Part shown: in pieces, positions 16,317-23,449 of the stretch
Position numbering within the stretch: the stretch's first letter is position 1
How the letters are laid out: each line of letters begins with the position of its first letter
Assembly (NCBI GenBank): GCA_964411255.1
Contig: CAYPKD010000006.1
Span: 67,097 to 131,096, forward strand
Length of the DNA stretch: 64,000 nt
Origin: an uncultured Gammaproteobacteria bacterium
GTDB taxonomy: Bacteria > Patescibacteriota > Patescibacteriia > UBA11705 > DATKZF01
Direction of reading: 5' to 3'
The notes under the pieces: model-generated
What the model was told of the DNA's origin: nothing
The model's input: only the letters and a program-made list of their open reading frames with translations
Databases searched by the model: none
Made by a program: the position numbers and the translations under genes

Positions 16317-18017
16317 ATGAGCACCATTTTCAAGAGCATTCTTGTCTGCACACTGATTTGGACTGCCAGCTGCGCTGGCGAGGAAGGCATTACGCTTTCC
16401 AATGACTGTAGCAGTGACTATGACTGTCCGGAGAACTCTTTCTGTTCTCAGAACGGTGAATGCATGGAAAAAATAGAAACGATCGTCCCAGCCTACATCT
16501 ATACCACCGGACAGAACGTCCGTAGATCTGGGGACAATCGTATCGACCTGTGCGATGGCCAGGACAATGATGAAGATGGTCTGACTGACGAAAATGATCC
16601 CAATGTGATGCAAGACTGCACTGCTTTGGTCATTTTCGAAGGCAATATGGTTCATGTCCAAGGTTATCTGGCCTGCAGTTCACTCGGGCTGGTCTGCGCC
16701 CCTCCGCCAATCGAACTTTGTCAGTTGAATTCTGAAGTCTGTTCTAACGGACTGGATGACAACTGCAATGGACTCGAAGACGAGGGCTGTAACAATTCCG
16801 AACCTGTCGATGACGACAACGACAATGACGGATACAGTCCCTCTGATGGCGACTGTGATGACAACAACCACAATGTCAGCCCTGCAGCTGTCGAATACTG
16901 CGATGATATTGACAACAACTGTGACGGGCAGACAGACGAGAGCGATCCGCAAGAAGGTTTGATCTGTATCGATCTAACCACCATCAATGGCAATGTTGTG
17001 CCGGTTGTTGGCCTGTGGGAATGTGCTCCAGCAAGTGAGCTGCGGTGCAAATTCAGCCCTGAGCACTGCCGGAATTACGAAATCTGCAACAACGGCTTTG
17101 ATGATACTTGCGACGGCGTCATTGACGACGGCTGCGATCAGACAACAGTCTCTTCTGACTGCGATGATAATGATCCCTGCACGCACGATGTACCAACCTC
17201 TGACGGGGTTTACCAGTGGTGCGAACACATCATGATCTGCGACGAGGACGGCGATGGCCAGGTAAATAACCAAAACGGTGGAGCTGACTGCGATGACAAT
17301 GACCCCTCTGTTGGCATGTGGTTTCCAGAGCTCTGCGATGGCAAAGACAATGATTGCGACGGCTTAATGGACGAAGGATGCTGTCCTGAAGGCTATCAGT
17401 TGGTCGAAGATGCGTGTTTCCCTATCGAACAGGGCACTCCCTGCAATGGCGAATATGATCCGTACGTTGGGGCCGAATGCGAAATCGTCTACTGTCTTCC
17501 CTCTGAAGACAGTGAGGTTTGTGAGGAAACCGTACTCCAGGGTTCATGGGTCTGTGGCATTGATGGCTATTTCATCTGCCAGGCAAATCCCAATACCTGT
17601 ACTGACGACTACTACATGTTCATCTCAGCAAACACACCTTCTGGCATGGCTGCTCCCAGTCCAGAAATGAAACTGGCTGAGCTCTGGATCGTAGCTATGT
17701 CTGATGACATGTATGTCGAATCGCTCACCTTCAATGTAGCCTCATTGGTTTCCTATCCTGATAACAACGATGAAACATGGGTTCTGCGAGACAAGGCTAC
17801 TTCTGAAGTGATCGCCCTGGAAATCGAAGACATCACTGGCAATGAAAATGGCCAGGTGGAATTCATTCTGAATCCACCCGCTTTCATTGCCAAAACCGAT
17901 GAGTTGGTAGTCGAAGTCTATGCAGACACGACTGAAATGTCCTTCAATGACATGATCCAGCTCTACACGCCAAACCCCTGCGGAGATGACATCTACGCTG
18001 GCGCCCTGCTCTTCTAG
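16317..18017 (+). CDS. Large secreted cysteine-rich lipoprotein with MopE-type putative metal-binding repeats.
   Basis: A GGAGGAGG RBS is present. The signal peptide is MSTIFKSILVCTLIWTASC. At least five repeats of the form ExCxNGxDDxCDGxxDEGC appear: IDLCDGQDNDEDGLTDEND, EVCSNGLDDNCNGLEDEGC, YCDDIDNNCDGQTDESD, EICNNGFDDTCDGVIDDGC and ELCDGKDNDCDGLMDEGC. The track start is 16299. Confidence 0.75.
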   Translation: MSTIFKSILVCTLIWTASCAGEEGITLSNDCSSDYDCPENSFCSQNGECMEKIETIVPAYIYTTGQNVRRSGDNRIDLCDGQDNDEDGLTDENDPNVMQDCTALVIFEGNMVHVQGYLACSSLGLVCAPPPIELCQLNSEVCSNGLDDNCNGLEDEGCNNSEPVDDDNDNDGYSPSDGDCDDNNHNVSPAAVEYCDDIDNNCDGQTDESDPQEGLICIDLTTINGNVVPVVGLWECAPASELRCKFSPEHCRNYEICNNGFDDTCDGVIDDGCDQTTVSSDCDDNDPCTHDVPTSDGVYQWCEHIMICDEDGDGQVNNQNGGADCDDNDPSVGMWFPELCDGKDNDCDGLMDEGCCPEGYQLVEDACFPIEQGTPCNGEYDPYVGAECEIVYCLPSEDSEVCEETVLQGSWVCGIDGYFICQANPNTCTDDYYMFISANTPSGMAAPSPEMKLAELWIVAMSDDMYVESLTFNVASLVSYPDNNDETWVLRDKATSEVIALEIEDITGNENGQVEFILNPPAFIAKTDELVVEVYADTTEMSFNDMIQLYTPNPCGDDIYAGALLF

Positions 18018-18032
18018 AACTCCTTCCCTAAT

Positions 18033-18097
18033 ACCCAATCAAGCATCTTTGATTGGGTTCCCATCTTTGTTTGTTAAAAATAATAAATAAAGATGGG
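18033..18097 (+). repeat. Array element copy 6.
   Basis: Hairpin 1 is a 9-bp stem, cccaatcaa-gcatct-ttgattggg. The linker is TTCCCA. Hairpin 2 is cccatcttt...aaagatggg, a perfect stem. Confidence 0.8.
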
Positions 18098-18120
18098 GTT
18101 TCACTGCAAAAGGAGGAAGA

Positions 18121-18525
18121 ATGAACGAAAGGAACAAATATTTAATTTGCCTTTTGTTTTTAAGCTTTCTGATTATCCTAATGCTGACATTTGTCTGCAT
18201 TGGGGTAAATTTTGCGCAGAAAATACCCCAATATGCAGTCAAAATTGTACTGTCAATGTTCTTATCACTTGTTTGCTTAGGTTGCTTTTATGGAACGCTA
18301 TATGTAACTTTGCATTTTCATAAAACTCAAAAAATAGAAAAAGCACTCCAAAAAGCTGCCCAAGAACAAGCAAACAGATCAACCATCCATCCAATAGACG
18401 ACCCAACGAGGTCACAAGTCATTCAATTACCAGCTTACAACACATATGACTGCCAGCTTAGCTGGGATATTGAGATGGAATCTTTAGAGCTAAAAAAACG
18501 TGTATCTACTTCAGACATAGATTAA
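18121..18525 (+). CDS. Membrane protein with 2-3 TM helices.
   Basis: An AAGGAGGAAG RBS is present. The product is 134 aa. Confidence 0.55.
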   Translation: MNERNKYLICLLFLSFLIILMLTFVCIGVNFAQKIPQYAVKIVLSMFLSLVCLGCFYGTLYVTLHFHKTQKIEKALQKAAQEQANRSTIHPIDDPTRSQVIQLPAYNTYDCQLSWDIEMESLELKKRVSTSDID

Positions 18526-18533
18526 ACCAAGAG

Positions 18534-18597
18534 TCCTAACTGTACACTAACAGTTAGGATTCCAAATTTGTTTGTAAAATATTTATAAATAAATTTG
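18534..18597 (+). repeat. Array element copy 7, the most divergent copy.
   Basis: Hairpin 1 is cctaactgt-acacta-acagttagg, a perfect 9-bp stem of different sequence. The linker is ATTCCAAA. Hairpin 2 is ccaaattt...aaatttgg. Confidence 0.7.
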
Positions 18598-18636
18598 GGA
18601 AATGAACATTCGAAATTGATATTTTTGGAGGATAAA

Positions 18637-19863
18637 ATGAAAACGCTTGTCGATTATCTCAACAAGCATTATCCACAAGGCTTTTGTTCAGCCTTAGAGG
18701 ATGATTTCAGGAAAAAGCACAGTGTCAGAATCAGACGCCAGGATGAACTGTTCCAATTCAAGTACTGGCTATTCGATTCTTCGTTTTCAAACGAAGTAAC
18801 TGGCCAAAGCAGAGGGCACATTGTAGCTTTTACAAACGGCAAGTGGGTATTTCGCTCGCGACCGTTTGACAAATTTTTCAACCGACACGAAGGTTTCTGC
18901 CCGATCAATGCAAAAGGTGAATTCGAACGGCTAATGCCAGAATTTACCTTGATTGAAAAGGCAGATGGCACAATGATCCAGCTCTGGTGGGATCCAGAAA
19001 GACAAATCTGGAGGCTTTCCACAACCGGTAGGATCAATGCTGAGGCATTGGATGACTTTCCAGACCTAATCATTGATCAGCTCTTTCTTCGAGTGCTTGG
19101 CAGAAAGCTGGAAGATTTGGACAGCATCCTCGACAAGAACAATACGTATCTTTTCGAGCTCTGCGCCAAAGAAAACGCCATTTTGACCAAGTATCCAACT
19201 GATCGAGCTTATCTGCTTACCTACAGAAACACACAAAATGGAGACTATGCCACCCTTCAGCAGGTCGCTGATCTGACCACAATTCTCAAGCAAACTGGCT
19301 GCAATCTGGGCCAGCTGTTCACAGCAAAACTTTCTGATCTGGGCCTGTCTTCTCTCAATGAACTCGCTGATTTCATTGACCAGCAGTCGAAAAATCCAGA
19401 ATTCCCAGATCCGCTTGAAGGTTTTGTCATTTGGCATGAGAACATGCCTGTGGCTAAGATGAAAACCGCGCTTTACAAGCAGTTTTTCTCTTTTTCCGGT
19501 GGAGACATGACATTTGCCAGAAAAAAAGTTGTCGAAGCGTTCTTTCAAGAACAGCTCGATGATGTCTGGCATGTGCTCAATGAAAGGCTGCTGGAACTGG
19601 CTGATTCACTTCCCCAAAAGGTACGGAAAATCGCAGAGCAAATCGAAAGACTTGCCAAAGAGCTATTTTCCAACACCTATCCAGACCGCAAGTCCTATGC
19701 TCAGGCAGTATTGGCCTTGCCAATGGACAAGAGGTTCAAAGACATTTTCTTCCGCCATCATGAGCAATTGCAAGCTGACCCCTCAAGAGCCTTTGAGTTT
19801 TTGATGGAAAAGCTGCAAAACCATGAGAACTGGAAAAAATTCATGGATCTCTGGCTCACCTAA
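18637..19863 (+). CDS. Putative ATP-dependent RNA ligase (KxDG nucleotidyltransferase, Rnl-like).
   Basis: Motif I is KADG, within LIEKADGTMIQL. Motif III-like is YLFELCA. Motif IV is EGFVIW. Motif V is AKMKTALYK. A GGAGG RBS precedes the ATG at 18637. The track start at 18595 is a TTG. Confidence 0.5.
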   Translation: MKTLVDYLNKHYPQGFCSALEDDFRKKHSVRIRRQDELFQFKYWLFDSSFSNEVTGQSRGHIVAFTNGKWVFRSRPFDKFFNRHEGFCPINAKGEFERLMPEFTLIEKADGTMIQLWWDPERQIWRLSTTGRINAEALDDFPDLIIDQLFLRVLGRKLEDLDSILDKNNTYLFELCAKENAILTKYPTDRAYLLTYRNTQNGDYATLQQVADLTTILKQTGCNLGQLFTAKLSDLGLSSLNELADFIDQQSKNPEFPDPLEGFVIWHENMPVAKMKTALYKQFFSFSGGDMTFARKKVVEAFFQEQLDDVWHVLNERLLELADSLPQKVRKIAEQIERLAKELFSNTYPDRKSYAQAVLALPMDKRFKDIFFRHHEQLQADPSRAFEFLMEKLQNHENWKKFMDLWLT

Positions 19864-19866
19864 TCA

Positions 19867-19930
19867 CCCAATCAAGCATCTTTGATTGGGTTCCCAGCTT
19901 TGTTTAGTATAATTACTGTGCAAAGCTGGG
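19867..19930 (+). repeat. Array element copy 8.
   Basis: Hairpin 1 is cccaatcaa-gcatct-ttgattggg. Hairpin 2 is cccagctttg...caaagctggg, with TATAAT in its loop. Confidence 0.8.
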
Positions 19931-19962
19931 CAAAGTTGACACAATACAAAGGAGACGATATA

Positions 19963-20244
19963 ATGGGAAATTCGTTTGAGGAACTTGAAAAAAAAGTGAT
20001 GCAAGACCAGGTTGCCAGAACAGCAGCCATTGAAAACCGCCTGCGTCGAAAATTCGGAGAAAAGTTTGAGATTCGTCGCAGACAGCAAGGCCTAAGTATC
20101 AAAAAGCTGGCTAAAGCAGCCAAAGTTTCAGAAACTCAGGTCAGACGGGCGCTCCATCGAGAACTCGGCGGCAATCTCCAGCTCAAAACCATTGTCCGAA
20201 TCGCTGATGTTCTTGGTTTGAATATCTCTATTTCTGCCAGGTAA
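19963..20244 (+). CDS. XRE-family helix-turn-helix transcriptional regulator, HigA-like with an N-terminal extension.
   Basis: An AGGAGA RBS is present. The HTH reads QGLSIKKLAKAAKVSETQVRRALHRE...LKTIVRIADVLGL. The track start is 19882. Confidence 0.6.
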   Translation: MGNSFEELEKKVMQDQVARTAAIENRLRRKFGEKFEIRRRQQGLSIKKLAKAAKVSETQVRRALHRELGGNLQLKTIVRIADVLGLNISISAR

Positions 20245-20251
20245 ACATCAA

Positions 20252-20315
20252 ACCCAACCGCACTCATGCAGTTGGGTTCCCAGTTTTGTTTGCTAATAAT
20301 AGTAAATAAAACCGG
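20252..20315 (+). repeat. Array element copy 9.
   Basis: Hairpin 1 is ACCCAAC-cgcactcatgca-GTTGGGT. The linker is TCCCA. Hairpin 2 is cccagtttt...aaaaccggg. Confidence 0.8.
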
Positions 20316-20360
20316 GACTTGTTTCTTGACAAACAAATCTTTCCAAAGTAGGAGGAAAAG

Positions 20361-22331
20361 ATGAGAGCTTTTTACACCATTCTTATGTCTTTTTTAATCT
20401 GCAACTGCGGTGGCGGAGATTCCACTCCGCCCACATCAGAAGAAACTGATGCTGGCCCGCAGATTTCATGCGGACCCAATACTATTCTGATTGACAATGT
20501 CTGCTGGTCAAAGGATGAAGCCTGCGACGGTGAAGACGATGACGGCGACGGAGAGACTGATGAAGGTTGTCCCAATTGGGATGAAATCAACATTACACTC
20601 CATTGCGACGAGGGGTTTGCATTTGAAAACGGACAATGCGTTCCACAAGAAGTGTGTGACAGCATTGACAATAACGGAAACGGAAGCATAGATGAAGGCT
20701 GTTATATTGGCGGGGCACTTCTCTGCCATTCTGATGATGACTGCGTTGACGCGCCCTGGGGGCCGTTCTGCGTTCCAGAGCTAATACTAGGAGTAAATAT
20801 TTGTCAGGCATGTCTTCAGGATACGCCAAGCGGGCAACATTCAGTTAATGGTGTCAGCCCTGGCTGCAGCGGCGATCTGCTTGTCTGCGCCTGGGGAGTT
20901 CAAGATGTGCCAGTCACAGATATCACGCCTGATGGTTTTGCTGGATTCTACTGGTGCGTCGAGTGTGTCAATAGCACAGATTGCCCAGACAACTACTTGT
21001 GCCTTGAGCAAGAATGCATTCCAAATTTCGAGGATGCTGACAGCGACGGCTATCCCAGTGACGTAGACTGCAATGACTCAGATAGTTCTATCCATCCAGA
21101 TGCTTTAGAAATCTGCGATGGGATTGACAACGACTGCGATAATGCCACTGATGAAGGCTGTCCTGTCCAAAACCACGACCAAGACAATGATGGTTACTCG
21201 CCGTTTGACGGCGACTGCGACGATGATGATCCCAATGTCAATCCAGGCGCTATTGACTGGTGCGACCAGCTCAATAACGACTGTGATGACCTAATGAATG
21301 AGGATGATCCAAACATTGGACATCCTTGTACGGCAGATCTTTACGATCCAGCCACTGATACGTATTTTATCGTCCAGGGCAGCTATGTTTGCGGCGAAGG
21401 CGGCATTGTCTGTGCTCCACCCACGCTCGAAGAGTGTCAGTTGTCTGATGAAATCTGTAATGATATCTTCGACGACAACTGTGACGGTCAGGTGGATGAG
21501 GGTTGCGAGCAACTCTCATGTGAGACAGATGATGACTGCGGTGCTGGTGGCGGCTGCGGCTGTGATCCAGACGGCAACTTTGTCTGCTCTGGCCAATCTG
21601 GCCTGTGTGTAGACGGAATATGCGAAACCACTCAAAACGTGATGGAATGTGAGCTCGGCTGCAACGAACTCGGCTGTCTTTCTGAATGCACAGAAACACC
21701 AACCGGACCAGCTGAGCCAGGCGATGTGGTCAAAGGCACATTTGATGCTCTCTACTTCATCTCCCAGGAGGTTTTCAGATATGTTGTACCCAATGAGACA
21801 ATGTATCTTTCCTGGCATTATGACAACTCCTGTGTCAAAACCATCACTGATCAGGAACTGGCTGACATGCCTTTGGCAGCAAATGTGTGCATGAGATATG
21901 GCACGCATCTGGTCAAAATCCAGTCCATTCCTATTGTCTATGCGGTCAGCACAAACTGCAATATCTACGAAATTGCTGATGAACAATCAGCTCAAGAACT
22001 TTTTGGCACAAACTGGCAAGATCGCATCTATGATGTACCTGATTCATTCTGGCCAAACTACACCATCATAGGAATTGATCTGTTCGGCAGTTGGTATCCT
22101 GATGGCTTTGTGCTACAGGTTGCTGGAAGCGATGATGTTTACCTGATCTGGAATGAGCAAAAACGACTTTTTGCCTCAGAACAGGCTTTCATTGATAATC
22201 GTTTCCAGGAAAGATTCATCACCATGGCAACTCAGGAAACGCTGGACTTTTACCCTGATGGACCAGACATCACAGGCTGCGAGCCTGATTTGGTAGATGA
22301 TTCTCAGGGCGGAGGAGGCGTTTGCCTCTAA
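20361..22331 (+). CDS. Large secreted cysteine-rich protein with MopE-type repeats and a C-terminal domain shared with the 2676-aa giant protein.
   Basis: A TAGGAGGAAAAG RBS is present, and the protein has a signal peptide. Repeats include EICDGIDNDCDNATDEGC, DWCDQLNNDCDDLMNED and EICNDIFDDNCDGQVDEGC. The C-terminal stretch IPIVYAVSTNCN...GTNWQDRIYDVPDSFWPNYTIIG aligns with the giant protein's IPKVYAVSANGT...GENWASYVDDVPDAFFINYKIG. Confidence 0.75.
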   Translation: MRAFYTILMSFLICNCGGGDSTPPTSEETDAGPQISCGPNTILIDNVCWSKDEACDGEDDDGDGETDEGCPNWDEINITLHCDEGFAFENGQCVPQEVCDSIDNNGNGSIDEGCYIGGALLCHSDDDCVDAPWGPFCVPELILGVNICQACLQDTPSGQHSVNGVSPGCSGDLLVCAWGVQDVPVTDITPDGFAGFYWCVECVNSTDCPDNYLCLEQECIPNFEDADSDGYPSDVDCNDSDSSIHPDALEICDGIDNDCDNATDEGCPVQNHDQDNDGYSPFDGDCDDDDPNVNPGAIDWCDQLNNDCDDLMNEDDPNIGHPCTADLYDPATDTYFIVQGSYVCGEGGIVCAPPTLEECQLSDEICNDIFDDNCDGQVDEGCEQLSCETDDDCGAGGGCGCDPDGNFVCSGQSGLCVDGICETTQNVMECELGCNELGCLSECTETPTGPAEPGDVVKGTFDALYFISQEVFRYVVPNETMYLSWHYDNSCVKTITDQELADMPLAANVCMRYGTHLVKIQSIPIVYAVSTNCNIYEIADEQSAQELFGTNWQDRIYDVPDSFWPNYTIIGIDLFGSWYPDGFVLQVAGSDDVYLIWNEQKRLFASEQAFIDNRFQERFITMATQETLDFYPDGPDITGCEPDLVDDSQGGGGVCL

Positions 22332-22336
22332 CGACA

Positions 22337-22369
22337 AAACCTGCTAGTTAATTACTGGCAGGTTTTTTA
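22337..22369 (+). terminator. Intrinsic terminator T1 (aacctgc...gcaggtt + T6).
   Basis: The hairpin is followed by a U-tract immediately after the 22331 stop. Confidence 0.6.
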
Positions 22370-22392
22370 TTTTAGAAAACTGATATCCAGGT

Positions 22393-22421
22393 TTGACAAA
22401 ACTTAAATAATATGCTATTTT
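22393..22421 (+). promoter_or_regulatory. Sigma70-like promoter (TTGACA-17-TATTTT).
   Basis: The hexamers and spacing were read directly from the sequence. Confidence 0.45.
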
Positions 22422-22461
22422 ATTATGATATTACTGAAACTAACATTTAATAGGAGTTATC

Positions 22462-22842
22462 ATGTTTTGGATGGCAGAAGGCGACTGGGGAGGCCAGATC
22501 TACTTTACTGTAGATCAGGATATGGTAAAAATTTCAAACAAACAACTCGTAGAGCTGGTTCGAGAACTGGACACCTATGCCTGGGATTGCAATGAGGGTC
22601 AAGGCTGGGATATCCGTCTGATGGAAATCATAAAAGAAGAATTCGACGGCATTATCCCAGGCGGCATGGGTGGCGGACGATATATTCCTGGTGAACTCTG
22701 GGTGCATAAGGCATTTGACCCTATCAAAGAGCATATCCTCCAAGTTCTTCAGGGAAAACTGGACAAACTGTCTGATAAGATCAATATCCCGCCTACTGAA
22801 CTGGAAAAATGGCAAACCGCAATGAGGCTGCTAGAAGAATAA
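22462..22842 (+). CDS. Small cytoplasmic protein; paralog of the 22931 gene.
   Basis: The two share QIYFTVD..LVKIS and YIPG.(L/I)W(V/I)H motifs. The product is 126 aa. Confidence 0.55.
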   Translation: MFWMAEGDWGGQIYFTVDQDMVKISNKQLVELVRELDTYAWDCNEGQGWDIRLMEIIKEEFDGIIPGGMGGGRYIPGELWVHKAFDPIKEHILQVLQGKLDKLSDKINIPPTELEKWQTAMRLLEE

Positions 22843-22847
22843 CTTTC

Positions 22848-22877
22848 AAACCTGCTGAAAAATTTAGCAGGTTTTTT
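22848..22877 (+). terminator. Intrinsic terminator T2 (aaacctgctg-aaaaattt-agcaggttt + T).
   Basis: A hairpin is followed by a T6 run. Confidence 0.6.
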
Positions 22878-22930
22878 GATTAAATAAAATAAGTATGATA
22901 ATCTTTTTTAAGTAAGACCTAGGAGGAATC

Positions 22931-23296
22931 ATGGGCGTCTGGATTGTAAAAAGCAGTGATGAAAGTCAAATTTATTTCACTGTTGACGAATCATTAGTAA
23001 AAATTTCTGAAGAAAAACTGCTTGAGCTGGCTCAAGACATTGATCAAATGGCAATGCCAACAACACCTGACAAAAACGTAAATCTTTTTAGGATTAAATC
23101 TGATAATCCAGCAACTATTGAATGGGTGCTTAATAAAAGTCAGGCTAAGGGCCAATATATTCCAGGACAAATTTGGATTCATCCGGATTTACTGGTTATA
23201 AAAAGCAGGATAATAGCGGTCGTTCAGGGCACAAAACGTAAAGTGACGCGACAATTGATTATTCCAAAAAAAGTTAGAGAAATAAAAATTGATTAA
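22931..23296 (+). CDS. Small cytoplasmic protein; paralog of the 22462 gene.
   Basis: A GGAGGAA RBS is present. The product is 121 aa. Confidence 0.55.
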   Translation: MGVWIVKSSDESQIYFTVDESLVKISEEKLLELAQDIDQMAMPTTPDKNVNLFRIKSDNPATIEWVLNKSQAKGQYIPGQIWIHPDLLVIKSRIIAVVQGTKRKVTRQLIIPKKVREIKID

Positions 23297-23303
23297 AAAT
23301 AAT

Positions 23304-23332
23304 TCACCTACCAAACACTTTGGTAGGTTTTT
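23304..23332 (+). terminator. Intrinsic terminator T3 (cacctaccaaa-cac-tttggtaggt + T6).
   Basis: A hairpin is followed by a T run. It is followed by ttaattcgaaa..gcgag, which is also present after T5. Confidence 0.6.
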
Positions 23333-23372
23333 TAATTCGAAAAGCTAGGTAGGAAATGCGAGATACGACTTA

Positions 23373-23401
23373 TTTGACAAAATTATCCCATTCTGCTATA
23401 A
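23373..23401 (+). promoter_or_regulatory. Consensus sigma70 promoter (TTGACA-17-TATAAT).
   Basis: TTGACA lies at 23373-23378 and TATAAT at 23396-23401. Both hexamers are perfect and the spacer is 17 nt. Confidence 0.6.
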
Positions 23402-23449
23402 TTTCTAATTATCTGTTCTTTCCAATCCAAAACAGAAGGAGCGCAAAAC

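Noticed and set aside
16680-17273. Antisense ORFs within the Cys-rich protein genes (16680..16952, 16721..17050, 16974..17273, 20372..20689, 21367..21702, 21516..21986).
   Set aside because: They are opposite to genes that have RBSs, signal peptides and repeat architecture. They are typical shadow ORFs in GC-richer DNA.
19926-19968. TTGACA-17-TATAAT immediately before or overlapping the XRE start (TATAATG).
   Set aside because: The -10 would contain the start codon, so a transcript from it could not encode the protein from that ATG. An AGGAGA RBS 8 nt upstream argues that the ATG is used. The match is probably coincidental.
13528-20315. Calling the nine elements bona fide integron attC sites, or the array a classical integron.
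   Set aside because: The outer 7-mers match R''/R', but the elements are ~65 nt with two separate fully paired stems. They lack the single bulged stem with extrahelical bases that attC sites have, and no intI or attI lies in the window. I kept this only as one hypothesis inside a finding.
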